Origin: an uncultured Planctomycetales bacterium
GTDB taxonomy: Bacteria; Omnitrophota; Gorgyraeia; Zapsychrales; Fredricksoniimonadaceae
Assembly (NCBI GenBank): GCA_964572155.1
Contig: CAZNDZ010000002.1
Coordinates: 339,089-403,088, forward strand
Direction: 5' to 3'
Length of the DNA stretch: 64,000 nt
Below, piece by piece: positions 33,477-42,088 of the stretch (positions are counted from its first letter, which is position 1; the number at the start of each line of letters is the position of its first letter). The position numbers and the translations under genes are program-made. The notes under the pieces were generated by a model. The model had not been told where the DNA came from. It did not search any database and saw only the letters and a program-made list of their open reading frames with translations.

Positions 33477-34342
33477 TTACTGATTTATCTTAGCCCCATT
33501 AATCACAAACCCACCAAGAACAACCCCAGGCACATAAAGATCATGCACCTCTTGAGCCGTTAATGCGCGATTGTAAATACGGACGTCATCCATCTGACCA
33601 CTAAATTGGAATCTACGTGCCGCAGCACAATCCCAATCTGAACCAAACTGTAATATAGTAGATACGTTATAAGGTGCAGATGAGTTTCCAACTGAAGTAT
33701 TGTCTAGAACCCCATTAATATAAAGCATTAACGTTGTCCCGTCTTGCACACCAACAATATGAGTCCAGACCCCTGTATTAGGCGATCCAGTTTGAGTAAC
33801 AGTAACACCCCCAGCAGCATTCGAAGTCCTAATGGTATAATTAATTTTATTGGCAGAACCACTGCCATCACAAACTCCAATCTTAAGTGAATAAGAAGCG
33901 TACTTTTCATTGCATCGCCCCTTGAATACTATAGCTTGATCACCCGTGCCGCTATTTAGCTTTACCCAAACAGATACGGTATGATTCTGGGGCAAATCAA
34001 CAAAAGCACTGTCTACTACACTTATGAAATCAGTTGAACCATTGAAACTACGACAACCCCCTCTTTTACAATTAGAAACGATTGTTGCTCCTGTAGGCGT
34101 TCCTGTATTGCCACTTCCACTCGAATCAACGGCATTACCGCTGGCCTCATCAAACCTCCACACCCAACAAGCCCATCATTGATATTGGCGTAAACTGTCG
34201 ACGAAAAGATGAATAAAACGAAGAAAGCTATTAGGAACTTTAAGCTGTCTCGCAGCACTACCTGAAAGATTTTTCTGGGTACAATAAATTCTTGAAGCAA
34301 TATTTCACCTGGGTGCACAGGTATGCGATGTTTAGGTATCAT
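33477..34342 (-). pseudogene. Secreted LamG-domain (Laminin_G_3 / concanavalin-A-like lectin) protein disrupted by a -1 frameshift (1-nt deletion) near the end of the signal peptide.
   Basis: The N-terminal fragment (track ORF 34022..34342) carries the signal peptide LKFLIAFFVLFIFSSTVYA-NINDGLVG. The C-terminal fragment (33477..34163) starts WRFDEASGNAVDSSG and ends DDVRIYNRALTAQEVHDLY. Comparison with the paralog at 39637..40374 (NGLIGWWKLDESSG) shows that GGGTG-TGGAGG lacks one G of the expected GGGTGGTGGAGG at about 34160-34163. Confidence 0.7.
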
Positions 34343-34452
34343 GTACTATCCTTAATATTATAAAATTAGATGATCATAATAATACCATATTAACGTTATA
34401 CGTGTAAGTGTGTTTAATTTAAGGACTAAAGACTCAATGTGCCGCACTTATT

Positions 34453-36726
34453 TTAAAGCGATTGTTGTAGTAATGGAACAAGGATGCGGTGCAGGTTGAA
34501 CTTTGCATCGAGATCGGCGAAAATCGCGTGATGTCCCCAGAATACGCGATGCACAATGAGATGGTTTGCTGAAAGTCGTACAGGCCCATGCTGTTTATAA
34601 AAATTAGACATACTTAAAAGTTCTTTGCGGACGAAGTCTCTGGTGTAATGGAAAGATCGATCCTCAAGCCAAGGCTGATAGGGCGCTTCGAGCAATAAAC
34701 GCATTAAATCTGCATAACCATTATCCGAGGCACATTCATACCCCATTTTTCTGCTGACAATGGCAAATGTGTTTAAATCTTTGTTCATCGCCGACATAGC
34801 TTGCATCTTCATCAGGTTGACAAATTCTTTATCCCACACGCGCGTAAAGCCAAAATCAAGAAAAGCAACCTTTCCATTTTCTAGGAATAAATAATTCCCC
34901 GGATGCGGATCACCGTTAAAAATGCAATGCTTGTGCAGCGATGTCACGGTAACGCGAGCGATGATTTCTGCAGCGCGGCTCTTTTCTAAGGGACTCGCCT
35001 CCTCCACAAATTGCGAAAAGGAGCGTCCTTCAATATACTCCATGGTCAAAACTTCTGAGGTGGAATGGCTTGCATAAACACGCGGAATAATAAGGTCAGG
35101 ATCGTCCATAAAAGCACCTCTAAAGGAATTTTGCATCTTTGCTTCATTGGACAAATCACATTCCTTTAAAATCATTTTGCCCATTTCAGATAAGAGATCT
35201 TGAATATTGGACACTCTCAACTGACGACGAAGCCATGGGGTCAACATGCTTATAAGGCGCAAATCTGTTTGGACAGCACGTGCAATATTAGGAAATAGCA
35301 CTTTGACAACCACCCGTTCTCCGTTATGGAGACGCGCCAAATGCAGCTGGCTAATACTGGCTGTGGCTAAAGGCCGATCATCCCACTCCGCGTAGGCTTC
35401 TGCAATAGAACGCCCTAAAGCTTTTTCAACAGAGGCCCTAATTTTATTCGCCGGTAATGATGGAGAATGATCTTGCAAAGAGCTTAAAAGTTTGCGAACC
35501 TCGACAGGCACCCTATCATCTACATAGCTCGCCATTTGGCCAAACTTCATTAAAGGGCCTTTGAGTGCGCCCAAATTTTTGCGTAAGGTACGACCTAAAT
35601 CATTCAAATCCTTTTTTTGAGCTTGTATTTTTCTTCGAGCCCCTATGTTTTCAAGATCCGTCCAAAAACTATTTCGGAAATTATTTAACGCCAATCGTAA
35701 AGTCAGACCGAATGTCACCCAAGCGCGAAATCCCGCACTGAAATTTAAAGAAGATTGCACGGGTTCTGCGCCTTGCTCGGCGATACGACGGTAAGCAAAT
35801 GGGATTTCTATGCCATGCTGAAATGGATCGTTTGCTAACCCTCCTAAACCTAAAAAAACACGAATTTCATCTAAATCTTTTCGCTGTGGCGCGCCCAGTT
35901 GATCGGCAGCATCATGTATACGTTCTAATGTAGAACTAGGTAATACCCGGTCACCACTTTTAATCATAACTAAGAGAGGTATTTTAAAAGTAGATACAAC
36001 CTTGGTCCCGGGAAAATATTCTTGGGCCAAAGCCTGATAATCCTCAAGTCGAAAAGCTGCACGTAAAGAGCGTTCATAATCGCGTGTTAGCAAAATATCT
36101 TGCTGGTTTCTTTTTTCAAATGCCACACTTAACATTGAAAATGGAGATTTTAATCGTCCAAAATCTACAAAGAAAACAGCACCCTCCGGTGCCAAAACGC
36201 GCTTAATTTCAGTAAACGTTTGACGCAACATATTCATGGATGGGAGATGATGAAGCGCCATGATTCCGGTCACCCCATCAAAATAGCCATCAGGAAAATT
36301 AAGACGTGTAAAATCACCTTTGATAAATTCAATATTATGCACACCCCGCTTAGCAGCATAGCGACGGGCTTCTTCCAACATGGATTCTGAAAGATCCATA
36401 CCTACAAAATTAGTTTGAGGATGTAATTCCGCCAGTTGAATGAGTTGAGTACCTGGGCCTGTACCAATATCCAGCACACGTTTAGCACCTTGAATCGTCA
36501 AAGAGGCATGAGCCGTATAAAACAAATAATATGCTGCCGCAGGTCCATGGGGACGACCCGCCTCTGTAAAAGCTGTTACAGCGCGAGGATCATCCATGAC
36601 GATGTCAGGCTCAGGTTCTCGAGGTATTGCATATGTACCAAATGTTTCTCTAAAAAACATTGGCACATGGGAAAGTTTTGGCAAATGAAACACTGGGGGT
36701 ATGGTGATTTGTCGACGTATTTTCAT
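34453..36726 (-). CDS. Fusion protein: N-terminal class I SAM-dependent methyltransferase domain plus C-terminal ABC1/UbiB-family atypical protein kinase domain (757 aa).
   Basis: MTase motif I VLDIGTGPGTQL. Motif post-I FVGMDLSESML. ABC1 signatures LMKFGQMASYVDDRVP, ATASISQLHLA, NGDPHPGNYLF and FLDFGFT. Confidence 0.7.
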   Translation of the reverse strand: MKIRRQITIPPVFHLPKLSHVPMFFRETFGTYAIPREPEPDIVMDDPRAVTAFTEAGRPHGPAAAYYLFYTAHASLTIQGAKRVLDIGTGPGTQLIQLAELHPQTNFVGMDLSESMLEEARRYAAKRGVHNIEFIKGDFTRLNFPDGYFDGVTGIMALHHLPSMNMLRQTFTEIKRVLAPEGAVFFVDFGRLKSPFSMLSVAFEKRNQQDILLTRDYERSLRAAFRLEDYQALAQEYFPGTKVVSTFKIPLLVMIKSGDRVLPSSTLERIHDAADQLGAPQRKDLDEIRVFLGLGGLANDPFQHGIEIPFAYRRIAEQGAEPVQSSLNFSAGFRAWVTFGLTLRLALNNFRNSFWTDLENIGARRKIQAQKKDLNDLGRTLRKNLGALKGPLMKFGQMASYVDDRVPVEVRKLLSSLQDHSPSLPANKIRASVEKALGRSIAEAYAEWDDRPLATASISQLHLARLHNGERVVVKVLFPNIARAVQTDLRLISMLTPWLRRQLRVSNIQDLLSEMGKMILKECDLSNEAKMQNSFRGAFMDDPDLIIPRVYASHSTSEVLTMEYIEGRSFSQFVEEASPLEKSRAAEIIARVTVTSLHKHCIFNGDPHPGNYLFLENGKVAFLDFGFTRVWDKEFVNLMKMQAMSAMNKDLNTFAIVSRKMGYECASDNGYADLMRLLLEAPYQPWLEDRSFHYTRDFVRKELLSMSNFYKQHGPVRLSANHLIVHRVFWGHHAIFADLDAKFNLHRILVPLLQQSL

Positions 36727-36812
36727 AAGGAATGCGTTAGTATTTTATAATACATCATAAACTTCATAATTATATACTATTTATATTTTATGATTGGAAA
36801 AATTTGTCAAAT

Positions 36813-37952
36813 CTACTGAATACGCAGGAAACGGCGTTTTCCAACTTTTAAGACGCATGGTATTGGTGTCCAATGCTCGTCGGAAATTACAGTGCCATCA
36901 AAAGAAATGGCCCCTTCTTGAAGCAAGCGTCGCCCTTCATTCTTTGACGCAATTATTTTCGTAACTTGAAGTATATCTAAGAGTTTTTCGCCAGAAACTA
37001 ACTTATATTCTGGGATATTTTCTGGGATTTGGTGTTGGCTGAAGGCGTGTTCGAAATTTTGCTTTGCCTTCTCTCCCGCTTCTTTAGGATGAAACATGCT
37101 GATGATCGTTGTAGCTAATTGCATCTTGGCTTCTTTCGGATGCATCGCTTTAATATCATTTAAATTTGCTTCAGTTAAGATTTCATAATAACGCAACATC
37201 AGTTCATCGCTAATCGACATGACTTTGCCGAAGATTTCATCTGGGCTTTCATTGATGCCAATGTAATTACCCAAAGACTTGCTCATCTTTTGGACACCGT
37301 CGGTGCCTTCGAGCAATGGGGTCATCATGACCACTTGGGGTTTTTGGCCGTAGCTTTCTTGGAGCTGTCGACCCATGAGCAAATTAAATTTCTGATCATT
37401 GCCGCCAAGCTCAACGTCGGCTTTTAAATGCACGGAATCAAAACCTTGTAATAAGGGATAAATGAATTCCAAAACGCTGATCTCTTTGCCGCCTTCAAAG
37501 CGCTTTTTAAAATCAGCACGCGCTAACATTTGCGCGACGGTGCATCGTGCGGATAATTCTAATAAATCTGCGGGTGTTAATTTATTAAGCCAATGGCTAT
37601 TAAAGACAACTTCCGTTTTCTTGGGATCTAAGACTTTGAATACTTGAGCTTTGTATGTTTCGGCATTCTTCGCCACTTCTTCTGGCGTCATTTTCTTGCG
37701 CAATTCATTTCTTCCCGTCGGATCACCCACTTGCGCGGTGAAATCGCCGATTAAGAAAACAACCTTATGACCTAGATCTTGGAATTGTTTGAGTTTGCGT
37801 AAGAGAACAACATGGCCTAAATGAATGTCAGGTGCGGTGGGATCAAAACCCGCTTTAATAACTAAAGGGCGACCAAGAGCCAATTTCTGCTCTAGGTCGC
37901 CCTTTGAGATGATTTCCGTTGTGCCGCGCTCTAAGAGAGATAGCGGATTCAC
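36813..37952 (-). CDS. tyrS: Tyrosine--tRNA ligase.
   Basis: 379 aa. HIGH-type PTAPDIHLGHVV. KMSKS. GDPTGR. C-terminal S4-like domain. Confidence 0.9.
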   Translation of the reverse strand: MNPLSLLERGTTEIISKGDLEQKLALGRPLVIKAGFDPTAPDIHLGHVVLLRKLKQFQDLGHKVVFLIGDFTAQVGDPTGRNELRKKMTPEEVAKNAETYKAQVFKVLDPKKTEVVFNSHWLNKLTPADLLELSARCTVAQMLARADFKKRFEGGKEISVLEFIYPLLQGFDSVHLKADVELGGNDQKFNLLMGRQLQESYGQKPQVVMMTPLLEGTDGVQKMSKSLGNYIGINESPDEIFGKVMSISDELMLRYYEILTEANLNDIKAMHPKEAKMQLATTIISMFHPKEAGEKAKQNFEHAFSQHQIPENIPEYKLVSGEKLLDILQVTKIIASKNEGRRLLQEGAISFDGTVISDEHWTPIPCVLKVGKRRFLRIQ

Positions 37953-37956
37953 GGTC

Positions 37957-39522
37957 TTATAAGCGTGCGCTCACGCCGATTTTCATGCCTTCGACGTCAA
38001 CTTTGATGATTTTAACTTGAAGCTTATCACCGGCTTTGAGGCCAGCTGCTTGAGTCTTATCAATTTCAGATGAATACACCAAGGCTTCGATGTCATCTTC
38101 TAACTTAACAAACACGCCAAAATTGGAATTCATGACAACCACACTATCGACTGTTGCGCCGACTGGGAACTTGGTTGCAATGTCATTCCATGGATTTTGT
38201 TGCAATTGCTTTAAACCTAAGGTGATCTTGCGTGCTTCAGCATCCACGGCTAAGATAACAACTTCTAATTCTTGCCCCTTTTGCAAAACTTCTTGTGGAT
38301 GGTTGACTTTCTTTGTCCATGACATATCAGACACGTGGATCATGCCTTCTAAGCCATTGTCTAATTCAACGAAAGCACCGTAATCGGTAAACCCGCGCAC
38401 AACACCCTTAACTTTATTACCAACAGTTAATTTGGCTGCGGCTGATCCCCAAGGATTTTCTTCTAATTGTTTCATGGATAAAGAAATGCGCTTGGCATCT
38501 TTATCAACATTGATGATTTGAACGTCGATGGCATCGCCTAATTTGAACATTTCAGCAGGATTGACCATCTTCTTTTGCCAGGTAATTTCAGAGGCATGCA
38601 ATAAACCTTCAATGCCCTTATCGATTTCAACAAACACGCCGTATGGCATGATGTTAACAATCTTACCCTTAACGCGAGAACCCGCTGGGAACTTAGCAAC
38701 AGCATCATCCCAAGGATTGCTGACGATTTGTTTCAAGCCTAAAGAGACTTTAGAATTCGCTTGATCGAAATCCAAAATCAAAACTTCTAAACGTTGACCA
38801 ACCGCGACAACTTCGGATGGGTGATTGATACGGCTCCAGCTCATGTCGGTGATGTGTAATAAACCATCCACACCGCCTAAATCGATGAAGGCACCGAAAT
38901 CAGTAATACCCTTAACAACACCCTTACGTTTTTGGCCTTTTTTAAGTTCGCCCCATAATTTTTCACGAACTTCTTCGCGCTCCTTCTGTACCATTTCACG
39001 GCGGGACAGAATTAAATTACGGCGTTGCTTATTCATTTTGGCCACAACAAACTTGTAAGCGTTGGTTGTGATATCGTGATTGGATAAACCCTTGAATGCG
39101 GATAACGACATTGGCAAGAACGCTTCAACACCAAAAACATCGACGATGTAACCGCCCTTAACCGCACGGACAACTTTACCTTCAACCGTGTCGCCTTCGT
39201 TTAGATCATCGGCAATCTTTTGCCAGCCTTTAAGGCGTTCGGCTTTAGAGTAGGATAAAATTAAACGACCATTGTCATCTTCTATATTTTCAATGAGGAC
39301 TTCTAATTGTTGACCAACGGTAAGTTCACTGGGATTTCTGAACTCTTCGATGGGGACGAATCCTTCGGATTTGAATCCGATATCGACAATAACCTCCTTT
39401 TGATTAATCGCTGCGATCGTACCTTTTGATACTTCACCTTCTTTAATATCACGCAAGGTACTTGCGTACATCTCTTCCATTGCTGACCGTTCTGCGGTCA
39501 TTACGATTTGTTCACTACGCAT
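37957..39522 (-). CDS. rpsA: 30S ribosomal protein S1.
   Basis: 521 aa with repeated S1 (OB-fold) domains. EGxV.G.V...GAFV..G...GL.H.S repeats. Confidence 0.93.
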   Translation of the reverse strand: MRSEQIVMTAERSAMEEMYASTLRDIKEGEVSKGTIAAINQKEVIVDIGFKSEGFVPIEEFRNPSELTVGQQLEVLIENIEDDNGRLILSYSKAERLKGWQKIADDLNEGDTVEGKVVRAVKGGYIVDVFGVEAFLPMSLSAFKGLSNHDITTNAYKFVVAKMNKQRRNLILSRREMVQKEREEVREKLWGELKKGQKRKGVVKGITDFGAFIDLGGVDGLLHITDMSWSRINHPSEVVAVGQRLEVLILDFDQANSKVSLGLKQIVSNPWDDAVAKFPAGSRVKGKIVNIMPYGVFVEIDKGIEGLLHASEITWQKKMVNPAEMFKLGDAIDVQIINVDKDAKRISLSMKQLEENPWGSAAAKLTVGNKVKGVVRGFTDYGAFVELDNGLEGMIHVSDMSWTKKVNHPQEVLQKGQELEVVILAVDAEARKITLGLKQLQQNPWNDIATKFPVGATVDSVVVMNSNFGVFVKLEDDIEALVYSSEIDKTQAAGLKAGDKLQVKIIKVDVEGMKIGVSARL

Positions 39523-39584
39523 GTTCTTTTTCTCTCTTTCTTGAGTCTAGAATTCTCCCGGTACACTGACGCGAGAGTAGTGCG

Positions 39585-39612
39585 ATTATGCCAGAAACAC
39601 TTTTTTTGTCAA
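39585..39612 (-). promoter_or_regulatory. Candidate promoter for rpsA.
   Basis: On the minus strand: TTGACA (39612..39607), a 16-nt spacer, then TG-n-CATAAT extended -10 (39590..39585). Leaves a leader of about 55 nt with a purine-rich RBS region. Confidence 0.5.
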
Positions 39613-39636
39613 TTATTTTTTCTGGAAGGAGAAAAT

Positions 39637-40374
39637 TTACTTATTAATCCGCCCATTGCGGACAACACCATTGCGCATCACAATGCCCGACTTAAACAAA
39701 TCCCCCACCTCTTGTGCTGTCAAAGCACGATTGTATACACGAACATCATCAATTAGACCTTGAAAATATTGCCCATAGTGATTGTTGTATCTTCCAATTT
39801 CTCCAATAGGATTTGCTCCTACCCCTCCAGAATTTGTGCATGAACCCACACTTACACCATTTACATACGCAGTCAGCTGATTGCCGCTAACAGTAGCAAC
39901 CGAATGAGTCCAAGTATTCACAGTGGGAGTGAAAATAACATAACAATCCCAAGGCGATCCACCAAAACCAATACTTGCTGTAGTTGTATTAACAGAAATA
40001 ACTATTGCTGGAGTATCTACCGCGGTAGCATCTGCAGGTAATGTAAACACACGACGAGAACCACTTCCTCCTGTAACATTAAACCATACTGAAACACTCC
40101 TATTTGAACTTCCAAGTCCTGTAAACGATGCTGAAGTAATGCGATCACTAGTACCATTGAAACTTCGACAACCGCTTTGTTTACACCCTGCTACAATAGC
40201 TGTCCCATTTGGTGTACCTGTCTTACCATTCCCGCTAGAATCAACCGCATTGCCACTGCTTTCATCAAGCTTCCACCACCCAATTAACCCATTACGTAGA
40301 TCTGCGTGGGAAGACATGATGGGGAAGAAATAGAAGATTAGAAGTAGGCTATAAAAAACGTGTCGCTTGTTCAC
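39637..40374 (-). CDS. Secreted LamG-domain (Laminin_G_3 / concanavalin-A-like) protein. Intact paralog of 33477..34342.
   Basis: Signal peptide MNKRHVFYSLLLIFYFFPIMSSHA. GWWKLDESSGNAVDSSGNGKTGT...DDVRVYNRALTAQEVGDLF. Starts 10 nt after the HEPN gene stop. Confidence 0.75.
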   Translation of the reverse strand: MNKRHVFYSLLLIFYFFPIMSSHADLRNGLIGWWKLDESSGNAVDSSGNGKTGTPNGTAIVAGCKQSGCRSFNGTSDRITSASFTGLGSSNRSVSVWFNVTGGSGSRRVFTLPADATAVDTPAIVISVNTTTASIGFGGSPWDCYVIFTPTVNTWTHSVATVSGNQLTAYVNGVSVGSCTNSGGVGANPIGEIGRYNNHYGQYFQGLIDDVRVYNRALTAQEVGDLFKSGIVMRNGVVRNGRINK

Positions 40375-40384
40375 AAATTTCCTT

Positions 40385-40798
40385 TTAATTGGATTCTGGT
40401 AAATGATTCAATCCCCATTTATAAAAACGTTCTACTTGTTTCACTATTTCCAATGCTTCACTTTGCCTAAATTCTCGTTCTTCATAAGCAATCGCATTTT
40501 TCTTTGCAATGATCCTCTTATAATTAGCGACTTGATTTTGAGCATCTTCCACCTTAACTTGTGATATCAAATCAGCAGCTGACCGATGATCATCCCCAAC
40601 CGATCTTTTGCCTAAAAATAGAATCGTCATAGCATCATTCATTGATATGGCGCAATGTACGGCATTAAGACCCACAGCAGACCATCTTTCTGATCTTGAA
40701 GCAGACAACATTGTCTCATAAAACTGTCGTGAACGATCTAAATAAACCTTGTAACTTGCTTTGTTTTCAGAATGAACCTTAGAAACCCTTGCACTCAT
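40385..40798 (-). CDS. HEPN-domain protein (putative HepT-like toxin of a type VII TA pair).
   Basis: 137 aa, helical. RSVGDDH (Rx5H) fits the HEPN Rx4-6H motif. A 4-nt overlap with the upstream nucleotidyltransferase gene suggests translational coupling. Confidence 0.55.
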   Translation of the reverse strand: MSARVSKVHSENKASYKVYLDRSRQFYETMLSASRSERWSAVGLNAVHCAISMNDAMTILFLGKRSVGDDHRSAADLISQVKVEDAQNQVANYKRIIAKKNAIAYEEREFRQSEALEIVKQVERFYKWGLNHLPESN

Positions 40799-41430
40799 AA
40801 TGAATTCTCCAATGGTTCTCCATAAATAATGCGGTGCGATCTAATAATTGATTTGATGATATTTGTTTCTTTTTGAGTTTGAAATTCCGATATCGTTTTA
40901 ACAAATGGTTCGATGCTCATATTAATCTGTGAATGAATTTCATTACCAAATTCTTGAATCAAATCTTCCAATCGCTTTTTATCTCCAGAATCATGAACCA
41001 ATATGAAAATGTCTATGTCGCTGGTTGGATTTTCTCTTTTTTCATGAACACTGCCGAACAAAGCAACTGAAATGATCTTGTTTTTTAAAGGTGACTTGGC
41101 AATTTTTTGCGTCAATTGGCTTAAAACACCAGACAATAATTGATCTTCTTCCTTAAACATAGGAATGATAATGCGGTCAACGATCATATTCTTTTTGTTG
41201 ATCTCATAAATATGCGCATTACCCACATTCCTTGAAGTCACCACTTGCTCATCGCTAAGCTCTTGCATGACCCGATGAATTGTAGCTGGCGCCCCCTTAA
41301 CCATCTTTGCTAACTGTCTTCCGGTTAATTCGGCTGGGTACTTATATAGGAAGCGAAGGCAATCAACTTTTGCCTTATTATTAAAAATAGAAGTGATTGG
41401 CGCTTGAAATCTCATAAAATAATGTCCCAA
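40795..41430 (-). CDS. Winged-HTH plus minimal nucleotidyltransferase (MNT/MntA-like antitoxin) protein.
   Basis: N-terminal wHTH LTGRQLAKMVKGAPATIHRVMQEL. NTase motif ALFGSVHEKRENPTSDIDIFILV (GS...DxD). Confidence 0.6.
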   Translation of the reverse strand: MGHYFMRFQAPITSIFNNKAKVDCLRFLYKYPAELTGRQLAKMVKGAPATIHRVMQELSDEQVVTSRNVGNAHIYEINKKNMIVDRIIIPMFKEEDQLLSGVLSQLTQKIAKSPLKNKIISVALFGSVHEKRENPTSDIDIFILVHDSGDKKRLEDLIQEFGNEIHSQINMSIEPFVKTISEFQTQKETNIIKSIIRSHRIIYGEPLENSL

Positions 41431-41500
41431 ATATTAAACATTTGTTTAACAATCTAAACAAAGTATAGCTGGCATTTTAAAGATTGTCAAAACTATTTAA

Positions 41501-42088
41501 TTAATGCGAAGCTAACACATAAATATCATCTAGTATTTTCTGTGCGATGACATCATAAGATTCTGTTACATCGAAAGATACAGCTGGGCCAAAGCGGACG
41601 GTTACGGGGTTGCGTTTGAAGAATTTTGACCTTGGGGGCATGACATTTTGGGTGCCTTCTATATATACGGGGATAACTGGCACGTTGGCTTTGACAGCGA
41701 TAAAGCCGACGCCGGATTGAGCGGTTGGCTTGGTATTACCGATGCGGCGCGTTCCTTCAACAAAGACTAACACGGGCTTGCCCCGCTTTAAACGGGCTAT
41801 GGCTTCTTTGAGCGCGCCTAAATCTGCAGATTCACGTTTGATTGGAAAAGCGCCAAGCTTTGTTAAGATAAACCCTAAGGGTTGCTTTCGAAATAATTCG
41901 ATCTTGGCAACAAAATTGATGCGACGCAGCGACGATATACCAAGGACAACTGGATCTAAATTACTGACATGATTGCTGGCAATGATAAATCCCCCAAATC
42001 TCGGGATATGTTCATGCCCAGAAACTTTTCGTGGAAAATAAATGACACTTAAAAGTTTCGTCAGAAAATAGATGATGTAATAGATCAT
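41501..42088 (-). CDS. plsC: 1-acyl-sn-glycerol-3-phosphate acyltransferase.
   Basis: NHVSNLD (HX4D) and FVEGTRR motifs. Confidence 0.85.
   Translation of the reverse strand: MIYYIIYFLTKLLSVIYFPRKVSGHEHIPRFGGFIIASNHVSNLDPVVLGISSLRRINFVAKIELFRKQPLGFILTKLGAFPIKRESADLGALKEAIARLKRGKPVLVFVEGTRRIGNTKPTAQSGVGFIAVKANVPVIPVYIEGTQNVMPPRSKFFKRNPVTVRFGPAVSFDVTESYDVIAQKILDDIYVLASH

Noticed and set aside
33247-33483. ORFs 33264..33470 (-) and 33247..33483 (+).
   Set aside because: They overlap tRNA-Thr and the promoter region, are Cys/Leu-rich low-complexity, and show no coding signal.
34022-34342. Track ORF (106 aa) treated as an independent gene.
   Set aside because: It is the signal-peptide portion of the LamG gene, thrown out of frame by a 1-nt deletion. 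It is not a separate protein.
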